Both the position numbers and the translations under genes were made by a program. A stretch of 40,080 bases of DNA from Gemmatimonadota bacterium (lineage in GTDB: Bacteria; Latescibacterota; UBA2968; UBA8231). Positions 1 through 8,491 of the stretch are shown piece after piece (the first letter of the stretch is position 1; each line of letters starts with the position of its first letter). The notes under the pieces are model-generated. The model saw only the letters and a list, made by a program, of their open reading frames with translations. It searched no databases and was not told where the DNA came from. The stretch covers positions 1 to 40,080 of the forward strand of contig PBRM01000137.1 in the NCBI GenBank assembly GCA_002725915.1. Direction: 5' to 3'.

Positions 1-2
1 CC

Positions 3-716
3 ATGGGGGAGATCATTCTCTTCCTCGATGGCGACATGACGGCTACTCCCGGCTTCCTGCGCGCTCACGCCGGCTTCCATCGCGCCCACCCGGGAGAGGT
101 GGGCGTGGGTGACATCCGCTTCGGCCCCCAGATCCCCAGCACGTCATTCACGCGCTACATGGAAAGCCGCGGCGCACAGGGTTACCGGTCAGGCGAGAAG
201 ATACCGTTCAAATGCTTCGTGACGGGCAATTCATCCGCACGCCGAGGGCTCCTTTTTGACATCGGGCTCTTCGACGAGGAGTTCCACGCTTACGGTGGTG
301 AAGATCTGGAGCTGGGCTATCGTCTTTACAGGCAGGGGGCTACCTTTCGCTTCGCCGGCTCCGCCCTTTCCCTTCACCATCACCTCCGGCCTCTCGACCA
401 GACATGCGAGCTCATGCACGCCTATGGCCGCCGTTCATTGCCCATCCTACTAGGCAAGCACCCGGAGCTGGCACTATTGCTGAGGTTGGATTTCCTCGAC
501 GCTCCCAGGCTGTCCATCAGGAGGTGGGTCCTTCAGCTGGCGCTGGGCAGCCTCGTGTTCCGGGGCGCATTCGCGGTCACTCGGCGCTTCCAGCGGTACG
601 TGCCGAGTCTTTTCTACAGCTACGTGTGGTGGCACAGCCGGACCCGCGGCTTCCTCCAAGCACGGCAAGACGACCCGAAAGATCGGGCGGATGCGCGGGA
701 ACAGGCCTGGCGCTGA
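3..716 (+). CDS. Glycosyltransferase family 2 protein, C-terminal part (5' end lies outside the window)
   Basis: The translation has GT2 hallmarks: ILFLDGDM (DxD) and YGGEDLELGYRL. The ORF is open to the window edge. Confidence 0.75.
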   Translation: MGEIILFLDGDMTATPGFLRAHAGFHRAHPGEVGVGDIRFGPQIPSTSFTRYMESRGAQGYRSGEKIPFKCFVTGNSSARRGLLFDIGLFDEEFHAYGGEDLELGYRLYRQGATFRFAGSALSLHHHLRPLDQTCELMHAYGRRSLPILLGKHPELALLLRLDFLDAPRLSIRRWVLQLALGSLVFRGAFAVTRRFQRYVPSLFYSYVWWHSRTRGFLQARQDDPKDRADAREQAWR

Positions 717-1032
717 GGCGACTACTAGGTTGCGGCCGAGAGCCGGAACAATGGTGGCGTCAGGGTACGGGAGAGGACGCCCGGGGTCCGTCCGCTGCCG
801 GGGCCCGCTCCATGCCTGTGCCAGCGTCTGCGCCGGCTGGCCACGGCTTGGTTGCCACTCTAGTCAACACCGGCGTATGTTTGATCTTGGCAATCGAGAA
901 CCGCGCGGCTGGGTCCGATTCGGATAAGCCGTTGGTGGCGCGGGTTCGAACCAAAGCGCTGCCAGCTCTGTTGCTCAGCGGACTTCGCGCACATGCTGTC
1001 GAGATCCTCACCATTGAGAATAGGAGGTAGAC

Positions 1033-1620
1033 TTGAGCATCAACAGGTCGCTCGGAGCACGGGCCCTGCTCGCCGCATGCCTGGGTCTTGCGCTTTCACA
1101 GCCAGTTTCTGGCGAAGAAGATGGGAAGACCATATTCGCCGATAGTCGCAAGGGCACGTTGAGTGCGATGAAGGGCATCGTGAAGGCCATTGGGGTGGGC
1201 AAGAAGGGAAGCTGCTTGTTCTGTCACGTCAAAGAGGGTGGTAAACCCGTCTTCCCCAAGGATACCCCCAACAAGCGCATCGTGCGCAGGATGAAATTCG
1301 GCTTCATGGACAGCCTGGCAATCAAAGGTAAAGTGGAGCTCGAACTGACGGAGTCAGAGCACAAGACGCTCATAGTGGCGGAGTACCGTGCTGATGGTAA
1401 GGACGCCGGCATTCACCTCGCTACCACCGTGATGGAGGAGCACAGGGGAGAAAACGGGGAGAACGCGGGAGGGGAGAACGCGGAGGAGACGGAGGGGGCA
1501 GCCGGAGGCCACGAGCCGCGTACCTTCTACGGAAAGGTGAATCTTCCCGCCGAGGGAGAGCCGATTACCTGCATGACCTGTCACAGGGGAGAGCTGCACT
1601 TCCTTTCCAAGGCGGATTGA
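1033..1620 (+). CDS. Secreted dihaem c-type cytochrome (resembles the reaction-centre-cytochrome-like CytoC_RC fold)
   Basis: TTG start 7-8 nt after AGGAGG. N-terminal signal peptide (ARALLAACLGLALS). Two CxxCH haem motifs (CLFCH, CMTCH). Gly/Glu/Asn-rich linker between the two halves. Confidence 0.7.
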   Translation: MSINRSLGARALLAACLGLALSQPVSGEEDGKTIFADSRKGTLSAMKGIVKAIGVGKKGSCLFCHVKEGGKPVFPKDTPNKRIVRRMKFGFMDSLAIKGKVELELTESEHKTLIVAEYRADGKDAGIHLATTVMEEHRGENGENAGGENAEETEGAAGGHEPRTFYGKVNLPAEGEPITCMTCHRGELHFLSKAD

Positions 1621-1682
1621 GGCCGCGTGGGGGATTTGTCTCAAAGCCAGACGGTTTCCCTTGAACCGGGCGTTGCCGACAG

Positions 1683-2594
1683 ATGCGTGGGATCTCGGCG
1701 ACGACGCCAGGAGATGGGGAAGTGACTCGCTCCTCTAGTGCTCCCGATATGATGCGCCGCTATTATCCGTCGTGCCGGCACGTCCTCCTGCTTTCGCTCC
1801 TGCTTTTCCCTGCTGTCCAATTCGCCGTCTTTGCCATAGTTGGAGGCTATTCGGAGCGAATCGGGCTCCTGACCGGGGAACTGACCACTGTCTGGGTGGT
1901 GTTCCTCTCTATTCGGATCAACAAGTGGATCGCCGAGGATCTGTTGCTGGTCAACGCCACACGACTCAGCGTCCTCTTCGGAGCCGCTGTCGCCGGGGTG
2001 GGCGGCTGCCTCGTCATTGCCGACCTCGACCTCCTCTTTGAGCGGCTGATTTCCTCCTATGGACTCGCTCCGCCCCTCGCCCTTCAGCGCGCCTCGCTGG
2101 AACTCCAGGTTGTGGGCGGGCTGTCAGAAGTGCCGTTGGCTCTAGCTGCCATCGTCGTGGCTCCAGCCGTGTGTGAGGAGGCCATCTTTCGCGGCTTCCT
2201 CCTGACCTCCCTGGTCGTCCGTCTGGGACCCAAGATCGGACTGGCGATCTCGGCCCTCATATTCGCCGCGGTGCACGTCAACCCGTGGCAGTTTCCCGCC
2301 CTGCTCCTGTTCGGTCTCTTCCTCGGCCTCCTGACCTGGTGGACGCACAGCATATACCCGGCCATCCTCGCCCATGGCATCAACAACCTCCTGTCCCTCG
2401 TGGGCACTAACACCCTGACCTACACCGGCGTAGATGCCCCCCTGGCTACCGATGAGTACCTGCCCCTTCCCATCCTTGCCGTTGCGCTCGTGTGCCTATG
2501 GTTGGGACTGACTCTGGTCCGCCGACGTGACCCGCTAGTGGCCTTCGCTCCTCTTCTGCAGCGAACGGCCGCCATCATGCGATCTCAGGTTTGA
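1683..2594 (+). CDS. CPBP-family intramembrane metalloprotease (CAAX protease-like)
   Basis: Multiple hydrophobic helices plus the three CPBP motifs: EEAIFRGF (EExxxR), FAAVH (FxxxH) and HGINN (HxxxN). The start is uncertain; an internal MMRRYY at about 1749 is equally plausible. Confidence 0.8.
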   Translation: MRGISATTPGDGEVTRSSSAPDMMRRYYPSCRHVLLLSLLLFPAVQFAVFAIVGGYSERIGLLTGELTTVWVVFLSIRINKWIAEDLLLVNATRLSVLFGAAVAGVGGCLVIADLDLLFERLISSYGLAPPLALQRASLELQVVGGLSEVPLALAAIVVAPAVCEEAIFRGFLLTSLVVRLGPKIGLAISALIFAAVHVNPWQFPALLLFGLFLGLLTWWTHSIYPAILAHGINNLLSLVGTNTLTYTGVDAPLATDEYLPLPILAVALVCLWLGLTLVRRRDPLVAFAPLLQRTAAIMRSQV

Positions 2595-2860
2595 CGGGAC
2601 CTCCGAGGTTTGATGGTCGTCGTCGCCGGGGTTGCGATGAGGGCACACCTCCCCTCGAATAGCTGCCCCAATTACCGGTGATCGCGACATGGGTTGCCGC
2701 CGCGCCGGTATCGATTGGGGGGAATTCCGCGTGGGGGGAAATGATGCGGCTCTGAAGGGATTGCTGGTGGATCGTGCGAGGGAGGGACAGAGCTTGAACA
2801 CACACTCGCGGATCGGCGTCTGGCCCTTGTGTTTGAGTGATCCGCGGTCTGGGTCAGCGC

Positions 2861-3727
2861 CTACAGTACGCTCTGTACGGCAGCGCCGATATCGGCGGGG
2901 CTCTCGCAGACGTGGATGCCGGCACTTTCCATGGCCTTCATCTTTTCATCCGCAGTGCCTTTTCCCCCCGCCACGATGGCACCGGCGTGCCCCATGCGCC
3001 GACCCGGAGGAGCTGCGCGGCCGGCGATAAAGCCCACCACGGGCTTGTCGCAGGAGCGCTCGACGTAGTCGGCGGCCTCCTCTTCCGCCGTCCCGCCGAT
3101 TTCTCCGATCATGACCGCGGCTTCCGTATCCGGATCCTCATTGAAAAGCTTGAGGGCGTCGAGGAAGCGGGTACCTATAATGGGATCACCGCCGATACCG
3201 ATACAGGTAGACTGTCCGATGCCGCAGTCGCTGAGCTGTCCCACCGCCTCGTATGTCAGCGTGCCGCTACGGGAGACCACGCCAACCTTGCCGGGCTTGT
3301 GGATAAAGCCGGGCATGATGCCGATTTTGCACTTCCCCGGCGAGATGACGCCGGGGCAGTTGGGCCCGATCAGACGGGTGGGGCGGTGCCGCAGGTATTC
3401 GTGCGTCCGCACCATGTCAGCTACGGGGACCCCCTCGGTAATACAGACTACCAGCTCCAACCCCGCCTCCGCGGCTTCCATAATGGCGTCCGCGGCAAAG
3501 GCGGGGGGTACGAAAATGGCTGACGCATTTGCGCCGGTAGCCTCGACGGCGTCGCGCACGGTGTCGAAAACGGGGACCCCCTGAATCTCCTGACCCCCCT
3601 TGCCCGGGGTGACCCCGGAGGCGACCAGGGTGCCGTATTCCAACATCTGCTCGGTGTGGAAAGATCCCTCGGCACCGGTGATGCCCTGGACGATGACTCT
3701 TGTTTTCTCGTCGACTAGGACGCTCAT
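2861..3727 (-). CDS. sucD: Succinyl-CoA synthetase alpha subunit
   Basis: [18 protein letters not shown]... shows typical SucD features: CoA-binding N-terminus, a GHAGA phosphohistidine loop, and position directly downstream of sucC. Confidence 0.95.
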   Translation of the reverse strand: MSVLVDEKTRVIVQGITGAEGSFHTEQMLEYGTLVASGVTPGKGGQEIQGVPVFDTVRDAVEATGANASAIFVPPAFAADAIMEAAEAGLELVVCITEGVPVADMVRTHEYLRHRPTRLIGPNCPGVISPGKCKIGIMPGFIHKPGKVGVVSRSGTLTYEAVGQLSDCGIGQSTCIGIGGDPIIGTRFLDALKLFNEDPDTEAAVMIGEIGGTAEEEAADYVERSCDKPVVGFIAGRAAPPGRRMGHAGAIVAGGKGTADEKMKAMESAGIHVCESPADIGAAVQSVL

Positions 3728-3802
3728 GGGGTTTCCCGATTCTGGCGAGTGCCGTGGGGCGGAACAACCGTCGCCGACCGACGGATTTCCGCCCCTGTTG
3801 CA

Positions 3803-4957
3803 CTACAGCGTGGCCACAACCTTTTCGGCCGCGTCCTTAAGACCCGTGGCCACGACAAACTGCAAGGATGACTTTTCCAACATATCGGCGGCTACATTGG
3901 CGTTTGTGCCGGCCAGCCGCACGACCGTAGGGACCGTCGTCTCGAGATTCTGGCGCGCTTGAATCACCCCCTCCGCCACCCGGTCGCAGCGCACGATACC
4001 ACCGAAGATATTGATGAGAATCGCCTTTACGTTGGGATCGGACAATAGGATGCGGTAGCCGTTCTGCACGGTCTCAGCGCTGGCTCCCCCACCAACATCC
4101 AGGAAGTTGGCAGGCTCGGCACCCGCCAGCTTGATGATATCCATCGTCGCCATGGCGAGGCCGGCGCCATTGACGATGCAGCCGATATTCCCATCGAGCT
4201 TGATGTAATTCAGGTCGTATTTGGAGGCCTCGACTTCCAGTTCGTCTTCCTCGTCCACATCCCTCAGATCCATCTGGTCCTGGTGGCGGTAGAGGCCGCT
4301 GTCGTCGAAGTTGATCTTGGCATCCAGGGCAAGGACATCGCCGGTGGTGGTGAGCACGAGGGGGTTGATCTCGGCAAGAGAGCAGTCTGCCGCAGCGTAG
4401 GCCTCGTGCAGGGAGCGTATGAAGTGGGCCGCCTGTCTGACAGAGGCTCCCTCCAGTCCCAAGCCGAAGGCCAGCCGCGTCGCCTGAAAAGGCACGAGCC
4501 CAACGGAGGGATCTACCGTCTCAACAAGAATCTTCTCGGGGCTTCGCGCCGCCACTTTCTCGATTTCCACCCCCCCTTCCCGGCTCGCCATGACGACGAC
4601 GCGATTCTGGGTCCGGTCGAGGGTGATGCCCAGATAGAACTCCCGGTCGATGTCGCTGGCCGCCTCAACCAGGACCTGCTTAACCCGCTGGCCCCCGGGT
4701 CCGGTCTGGTGAGTAACCAGCTGCATGCCGATAATCTCCCGAGTGGCAGCGGTGGCGGCGTCGGCATCCTCGACAAGTCTGACACCCCCGCCCTTGCCGC
4801 GACCACCCGCGTGTATCTGCGCCTTGACTACTACGCGTCCTCCCAGGCTCGCCGCTATTTCACCGGCTTCCTCCGGAGTTCGGGCAACACCTCCCTCCGG
4901 CACGGCCACACCGAAGCGCCGAAGCAGATCCTTCGCCTGAAATTCGTGGATCTTCAA
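3803..4957 (-). CDS. sucC: Succinyl-CoA synthetase beta subunit
   Basis: MKIHEFQAKDLLRRFGV... is a canonical SucC N-terminus with an ATP-grasp region. It is paired with sucD. Confidence 0.95.
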   Translation of the reverse strand: MKIHEFQAKDLLRRFGVAVPEGGVARTPEEAGEIAASLGGRVVVKAQIHAGGRGKGGGVRLVEDADAATAATREIIGMQLVTHQTGPGGQRVKQVLVEAASDIDREFYLGITLDRTQNRVVVMASREGGVEIEKVAARSPEKILVETVDPSVGLVPFQATRLAFGLGLEGASVRQAAHFIRSLHEAYAAADCSLAEINPLVLTTTGDVLALDAKINFDDSGLYRHQDQMDLRDVDEEDELEVEASKYDLNYIKLDGNIGCIVNGAGLAMATMDIIKLAGAEPANFLDVGGGASAETVQNGYRILLSDPNVKAILINIFGGIVRCDRVAEGVIQARQNLETTVPTVVRLAGTNANVAADMLEKSSLQFVVATGLKDAAEKVVATL

Positions 4958-5306
4958 GAGTTATTCCCCTCCCTCGGTGGGAATGCTCAACGGTACGCCA
5001 GGCTCGGCAACCAGGCAAGAGACGCCTTCAGAGGTAGCGTCTCGCCACCCTCAAGTGACCGCGCCTAGCGGGGCCGCACCTGGAAGCGAAGCCGGTGGGT
5101 GGGGCAACCGCCCCAGGAATAGACTAGAACGAATGAAGCAAGGACGGGGTTGGTTGTAGAGAAGTGGCTGGTGGGACAGGTGAGGGCCGGGAGTGGTGGT
5201 GGTGAGTCACGCACGGTTGCCGCCGACAGAGTAACGCCATCGACTCCCCGACACGCCCCCGCACTGCTTCCCTCAATCTCAGATAGAAGCAGGCGGCCGA
5301 CCTTCC

Positions 5307-5573
5307 TCAGACGGCGGAGGCCGGTACCTCTATGCTGACGCGCTTTCGATGGCGGCCGACCGTCTCGTAGAGCACCCGGCCGTCAACGATGGCAAAGAGC
5401 GTGTCGTCGCCGCCCTTGCGAACGTTGCGACCGGGGTGAATGCGCGTGCCGCGCTGGCGGACAATGATGGTACCCGACTTTACTGGCTGACCCCCAAAGC
5501 GCTTGACCCCCAGGCGCTGTCCCTGGCTGTCCCTGCCGTTTCTGGAACTGCCGACGCCTTTCTTGTGTGCCAT
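5307..5573 (-). CDS. rpmA: 50S ribosomal protein L27
   Basis: [28 protein letters not shown] is the canonical L27 N-terminus. I trimmed the 105-aa track ORF to the internal ATG at 5573, because the upstream 17 codons are not L27-like. Confidence 0.93.
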   Translation of the reverse strand: MAHKKGVGSSRNGRDSQGQRLGVKRFGGQPVKSGTIIVRQRGTRIHPGRNVRKGGDDTLFAIVDGRVLYETVGRHRKRVSIEVPASAV

Positions 5574-5657
5574 GGTTTTCTTCCCTGTCGAAGTCTCCGT
5601 CCGACGCCTAGGCCTGGCGGACACTGGCGGCGGCGGGCGACCTGCAACTGAAGCGAA

Positions 5658-5975
5658 TCAGCTGGGTCGAAGGATCTCCTCTATCTGGATCTCCGTGTAA
5701 TCCTGCCTGTGGCCGGATCGGCGGCGATAATTCTTGCGTCGCTTCATCTTGAAGACGATGATCTTCTTTCCCCTACCGTGCTCGAGGACTGTTGCCTCTA
5801 CTGCTGCTCCCGTCACGTGGGGAGTACCCACCTGCTTCTCTCCGTCGCTCGACAGCAAAAGAACATCGGTGAACCGGTGTTTGCTGCCTTCCTTTAGAGA
5901 GAGCTTCGGCACTTTCACACGTTGGCCTTCGGTGACCACGACCTGCTTGCCGGCGATCTCGACCACTGCCTTCAT
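5658..5975 (-). CDS. rplU: 50S ribosomal protein L21
   Basis: MKAVVEIAGKQVVVTEGQ... is typical L21. It sits immediately upstream of rpmA. Confidence 0.95.
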   Translation of the reverse strand: MKAVVEIAGKQVVVTEGQRVKVPKLSLKEGSKHRFTDVLLLSSDGEKQVGTPHVTGAAVEATVLEHGRGKKIIVFKMKRRKNYRRRSGHRQDYTEIQIEEILRPS

Positions 5976-6114
5976 CGTTCGCTTACCCTTCCGAGGTGCT
6001 GAAAAACACCGGCTGAAAGGAACCGGTGGAGAAGCGGGTGAATGTACTCTCCGATGGGAGATCTGTCAATCAGCAGGCGGCGGGTACCCCATTCGAGTTG
6101 CTGGAAAGACGCTG

Positions 6115-7644
6115 TCAGGCGCGGAACTCCGCCGTGACGTCCAGGTTGCGCTTCCTGGATATGAAGCGAAAATCCTGAGGCGATAGGGTGCTATCTTCCC
6201 GGACCTCCAGCCGGGCCTTTGTAGCTCGGCGGATCGACTTCAGGCGGGAGGAGCGGTCCTCGGTGATGTAGGCGGCGACATCCGGGTGAACCTGGAGCTC
6301 GAAACGGCGGTCCCCGTTGGCGGCACTTGACCGCTGCAGCCAACGCTCGATTTTGGTCACCGTCGTATCCGGACCCATGACACGACCCGTTCCCTGACAG
6401 GTGGGACACGGTTCGCTGTGGGTGTGCAGCAGATTGGGGCGCGCCCGCTGTCGTGTCATTTGAACCAGCCCGAATTCGCTGACCTGAGGGCTGATGGACA
6501 CCCTTGCCCGGTCCTTCTTCGCTTCCTCTACCAACTGGTCGACCACCTTCTTCCGATTTCGCTCGTCGTGCATGTCGATGAAATCGATGACGATAATGCC
6601 GCCGATATCGCGCAGCCTCAGTTGGCGAGCGATCTCCTGAGCGGCTTCGAGATTCGTTCGCAGGTGGCTCTCTTCCTGATCCCTGGGACCCTTGGAACGG
6701 GCGGAGTTGACATCGATAAACGTGCCCGCCTCGGCGTGGTCAATGACCAGGGCGCCCCCTCTGCGCATCCAGACCTCGCGATCATTGGCCATCTCCAACG
6801 CCTTCTCGACATCGAAGGCGTCGAAGATGGGGCGACTTTCGCGAAAAAGCTCCACGCGCTTGCGCAACTCCGGAGAAACCGATCTGAGGTACGCCTGTAT
6901 CTCGCGGTACAGATCCTTGGAGTCCACCACCAGACGATCGACCCTGTCGTTGAAGAGATCGCGAATCACGCTGGTCGTCATTCCCAATTCCTTGTGAAGC
7001 AGGCTGGGAGCCCGAACGCTCTTGCTCTTCTTGATCATGCGTTCGTAGGTCTTGACCAGCTGCTTGAGATCCCGCTTGAAATCCTTCTCGGCCTTATTGC
7101 GGCCCTCTGTTCGAACGATGATGGAGTAGTTGTCGGGCCGCAGTTCGCGCACCAGATCTCGCAGGCGGCGGCGTTCGGTGAGGCTGCTGATCTTGCGCGA
7201 CACGCCCACCCATGAACCGTTGGGCATGAGGACGCTGAAGCGGCCAGCCAAAGCGAGTTGGGTGGTTACGCGAGCGCCCTTTGTGCTGATCGGCTCCTTG
7301 GCGATCTGTACCAGGACCTCCTCCCCTTTCTTGATCAACCCCTGGATCGGTGGAAAGCTCCGCGGTCGGCGGCCGTTGCGCGATCGCCCTCCCTCGTCGT
7401 CGCCGTCCGCGTTTTCGGCTTCCACCATATCTTTTACCTGCAGGAAAGCCGTGCGCTCGAGCCCGACCTCAATGAAGGCAGCCTGCAAGCTTGGAAGGAC
7501 CGCTGAGACCGAGCCCTTGTGGATGTCGCCGACCATACGCTCGCTTTCGGGACGCTCCACCCACACCTCGGCCAGCCTTCCGTCCTCGAGGATAGCGATC
7601 CTCGACTCGTGAATCCCCTGATTGATGATGATTTCTGTGCGCAT
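6115..7644 (-). CDS. rng: Ribonuclease E/G family endoribonuclease (RNase G-sized, 509 aa)
   Basis: MRTEIIINQGIHESRIAILEDGRLAEVWVE... contains an S1 domain and an RNase E/G catalytic core. I trimmed the start to the ATG at 7644; the 88 upstream codons of the track ORF are Pro/Arg-rich and not family-like. Confidence 0.88.
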   Translation of the reverse strand: MRTEIIINQGIHESRIAILEDGRLAEVWVERPESERMVGDIHKGSVSAVLPSLQAAFIEVGLERTAFLQVKDMVEAENADGDDEGGRSRNGRRPRSFPPIQGLIKKGEEVLVQIAKEPISTKGARVTTQLALAGRFSVLMPNGSWVGVSRKISSLTERRRLRDLVRELRPDNYSIIVRTEGRNKAEKDFKRDLKQLVKTYERMIKKSKSVRAPSLLHKELGMTTSVIRDLFNDRVDRLVVDSKDLYREIQAYLRSVSPELRKRVELFRESRPIFDAFDVEKALEMANDREVWMRRGGALVIDHAEAGTFIDVNSARSKGPRDQEESHLRTNLEAAQEIARQLRLRDIGGIIVIDFIDMHDERNRKKVVDQLVEEAKKDRARVSISPQVSEFGLVQMTRQRARPNLLHTHSEPCPTCQGTGRVMGPDTTVTKIERWLQRSSAANGDRRFELQVHPDVAAYITEDRSSRLKSIRRATKARLEVREDSTLSPQDFRFISRKRNLDVTAEFRA

Positions 7645-8082
7645 TCGGTTATTCTCGCTTTGCCCCGACGGCGTGTCAAGCGGCGCGATCCGTCCGCCAC
7701 GACGTACGAAACCGGGGCTTTCTTTGGGTCGAGCGAGTAACCGCACAACCCTGTTCACTTGAGATGGAAAAAGGGCGCCTGAACAAGCACAGAGTTGGAG
7801 AGGGAGCGAAGGAGCCAGCATGCGCTGGCCGGGCGAGCGGGATGGGTCGCGGCCCCCGGGTTTGGCCCCAAGGGGCGGTTTGGATAAGGCGGCGGTTGAG
7901 CACCTCACCAGCGGGAGGGGAGCGACCGGGCGTGGTCAAAACACCACTGCCGTTCAATCCCTTCGCCTGCGGAACGGCGAACCCGAAGCAGATCCGCGGT
8001 CCTGGATGCTGCCCGCTGGAACATGCCCGCCGACCGGTGTGAGCTGCTTGCCGGAGTTCAGATCTCTCGCGGCAAGACCATC

Positions 8083-8149
8083 TGAGGCGGCCATTTCAAG
8101 TACTCTCAACCCCCCACCAAAAGTGAGGCGGCCATTTCAAGTACTCTCA
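8083..8149. repeat. Tandem direct repeat: two identical 26-mers TGAGGCGGCCATTTCAAGTACTCTCA (8083-8108 and 8124-8149) separated by 15 nt
   Basis: Read directly from the sequence. The two copies are identical and the period is 41 nt. They lie in a gene-free spacer. Confidence 0.9.
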
Positions 8150-8491
8150 GCCCACCTACTCATCCAATCCTACTCGATAGCCTCACCACCTGTTGGTGGC
8201 AGGGCTCGAATTCCTTCCACTGGACGCTTCACAGCCATCTCGAACGGCGAAGCGGCCCCAACTCCTTCAGTGGTCCCAACTCGGTCCACTGATCAATTGC
8301 CAAATACCAACCAGAGAGTGCCCGGAAACCGCCCTTAGCCGAGCGCTTGCCTTAGCCCGTAATCCGTACTCCGTATTCGGCGTCAGCTCGCGCGCCGTCC
8401 CTGGTGGGGCGCTGTTCGCGCCTGGTCTTTTTCTTTGGCTAGGATACCAGTACGCCCCCCGGACGGCAAGAGAGCCCGCCCACCCGTCCGG

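Noticed and set aside
930-1000. GGTTCGAA motif (gtggcgcgggttcgaaccaaagcgc) resembling a tRNA or tmRNA T-loop in the spacer before the cytochrome gene
   Set aside because: The flanks do not form a 5-bp T stem. No acceptor stem, anticodon arm or CCA end can be drawn.
404-1030. 208-aa plus-strand ORF overlapping the end of the glycosyltransferase gene and the following spacer
   Set aside because: It is an alternative frame of a confidently coding region and continues into a non-coding spacer. Its composition is low-complexity.
7879-7887. Single DnaA-box-like 9-mer TTTGGATAA upstream of rng
   Set aside because: It has one mismatch and is isolated, so a chance occurrence is plausible. It is not part of a cluster.
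7645-7908. N-terminal 88-codon extension of the RNase G ORF, and likewise the 153-codon extension of mnmE (14777-15235) and the 17-codon extension of rpmA
   Set aside because: The extensions are not family-like and are low-complexity. For mnmE the extension would overlap yidC by 390 nt. Conserved N-termini begin at the internal starts.
8083-8149. Possible CRISPR array (identical 26-mers)
   Set aside because: There are only two copies and the spacer is just 15 nt. There are no cas genes, and the repeat length and spacer ratio are wrong for CRISPR.
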